Shown: in pieces, positions 62,891 to 64,000 of the stretch
Position numbering within the stretch: position 1 is the stretch's first letter
Layout: every line of letters begins with the position of its first letter
Source of the DNA: Stegostoma tigrinum
Taxonomy: Eukaryota
Assembly: GCF_030684315.1 (NCBI RefSeq)
Contig: NC_081367.1
Location: 5,315,956-5,379,955 of the forward strand
Length of the DNA stretch: 64,000 bases
Direction: 5' to 3'
The notes under the pieces: model-generated
Database searches by the model: none
What the model was told of the DNA's origin: nothing
What the model saw: the letters and a program-made list of their open reading frames with translations, nothing else
Made by a program: the position numbers and the translations under genes

Positions 62891-64000
62891 GGGCTTGCAT
62901 TCAGATTAATGCAATTCTGACACTGAAAACTCCTCTGGACAGATTTTATTTCACTTGCCCCATTTCCACCTCCCTTGGTCGTGCATTATGAAATCTTGCT
63001 AATAATTTCAGTGGCCTCCTCATCTTTCCCATCCTATCACAAAAGCGAAAGCAAAGGGCAAAGAAAATTGAAACAAAGTGAGTAAGAGCTATCAAATTTG
63101 ATCACCTTCACAGCACCTCACCTCAAAGGGAACAATTCTGCATTTCAAACAGTTCGTGTTAGTTAGGCTCACCATTGTGTACAATGCTCTGAGGACATAT
63201 GAAGTGTGAGAGGCAGTGGCATGATAAACTGCAAGATCCCCTTGGCAGTGATTTTGGGAAATAAGAAATGAGACCAAGCCCTAATTATTTTAGGGTCGGT
63301 TAATTAAAAAAAGACAACTCATTTGGGTGTTTTGTGCAAGTTTATTGTGACATTTTAGTGAACAAGAATATACATGTAATGACATTGTTAAACTTACCAG
63401 TCAGGCAGGATTGTTTCATTGGTACTGCCTTAACTTCAGCATACCAACAGATACAGTTGACCTACAGGCTAAATCAGGCAATACTCTGACAGAATCCAGC
63501 ATCACTAGAGAATTCATACATTGCAATGGGGCACAATACTGAAATGGTTAACAATTCCAAAATAGATTCTGAAATCCAAGACTTCAAAAACACGTGAAAG
63601 TAACACAGGCAGTCAATATTTTGGCAGTAAAAAAAGCTCGACAACTTGGCAACTTGATGCCGAAATGAATCAGTGGCACTCCAGGACGGAAAGTAACAAA
63701 TCAGAAAAATACACAACCCTTCCAGAATTACCCAGCAACAATTTGCATAATTGTGAGAACTGTAGCTCCCCTCATAATGACCTCAGATTTCCCCTCTTCT
63801 AAAATCAATATTAAACCAAAATACAAACAAAGTCTGAATTTTTAGCAATTTTTCACTGAAATTACGAAGTCAAGGGAATATTTGAATTAGTATTGGAAAT
63901 TACTCCAGTGATAGGAACCAAGCAAGTTTCTTGTTTCAGTCTCACAATAGGCTGGCATCATATTTCTAAGGCAACTTGTACCATACACTCTAGCATCAGG

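Overview
Eukaryotic, repeat-rich vertebrate genomic DNA. The repeat complement (HE1-type V-SINEs, CR1 LINEs, abundant Penelope-like elements) suggests a cartilaginous fish, most likely a shark (inference). Host genes reconstructed from splice sites and reading-frame phase: complete PIGX (- strand, 6 coding exons, 50355->32040, 243 aa); complete CEP19 (+ strand, 2 coding exons, 54584->56693, 164 aa), head-to-head with PIGX across a CpG-rich promoter; and the first coding exon of BOK (- strand, 11315->11093), whose remaining exons I did not find in the window. There is also an intronless 5'-half RPS24 retrocopy. The most striking non-genic structure is a set of Penelope-like (RT + GIY-YIG) insertions carrying minimal hammerhead ribozyme motifs. 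They repeatedly form tail-out fold-back insertions (about 0.2-2.7 kb) with target-site duplications and one asymmetric ~35-40 nt tail, and the smallest ones break inside the ribozyme. A tRNA-headed SINE family shares both its 5' head and 3' tail with an APE-type LINE. Repeat boundaries are read by eye and are approximate; no database searches were run.
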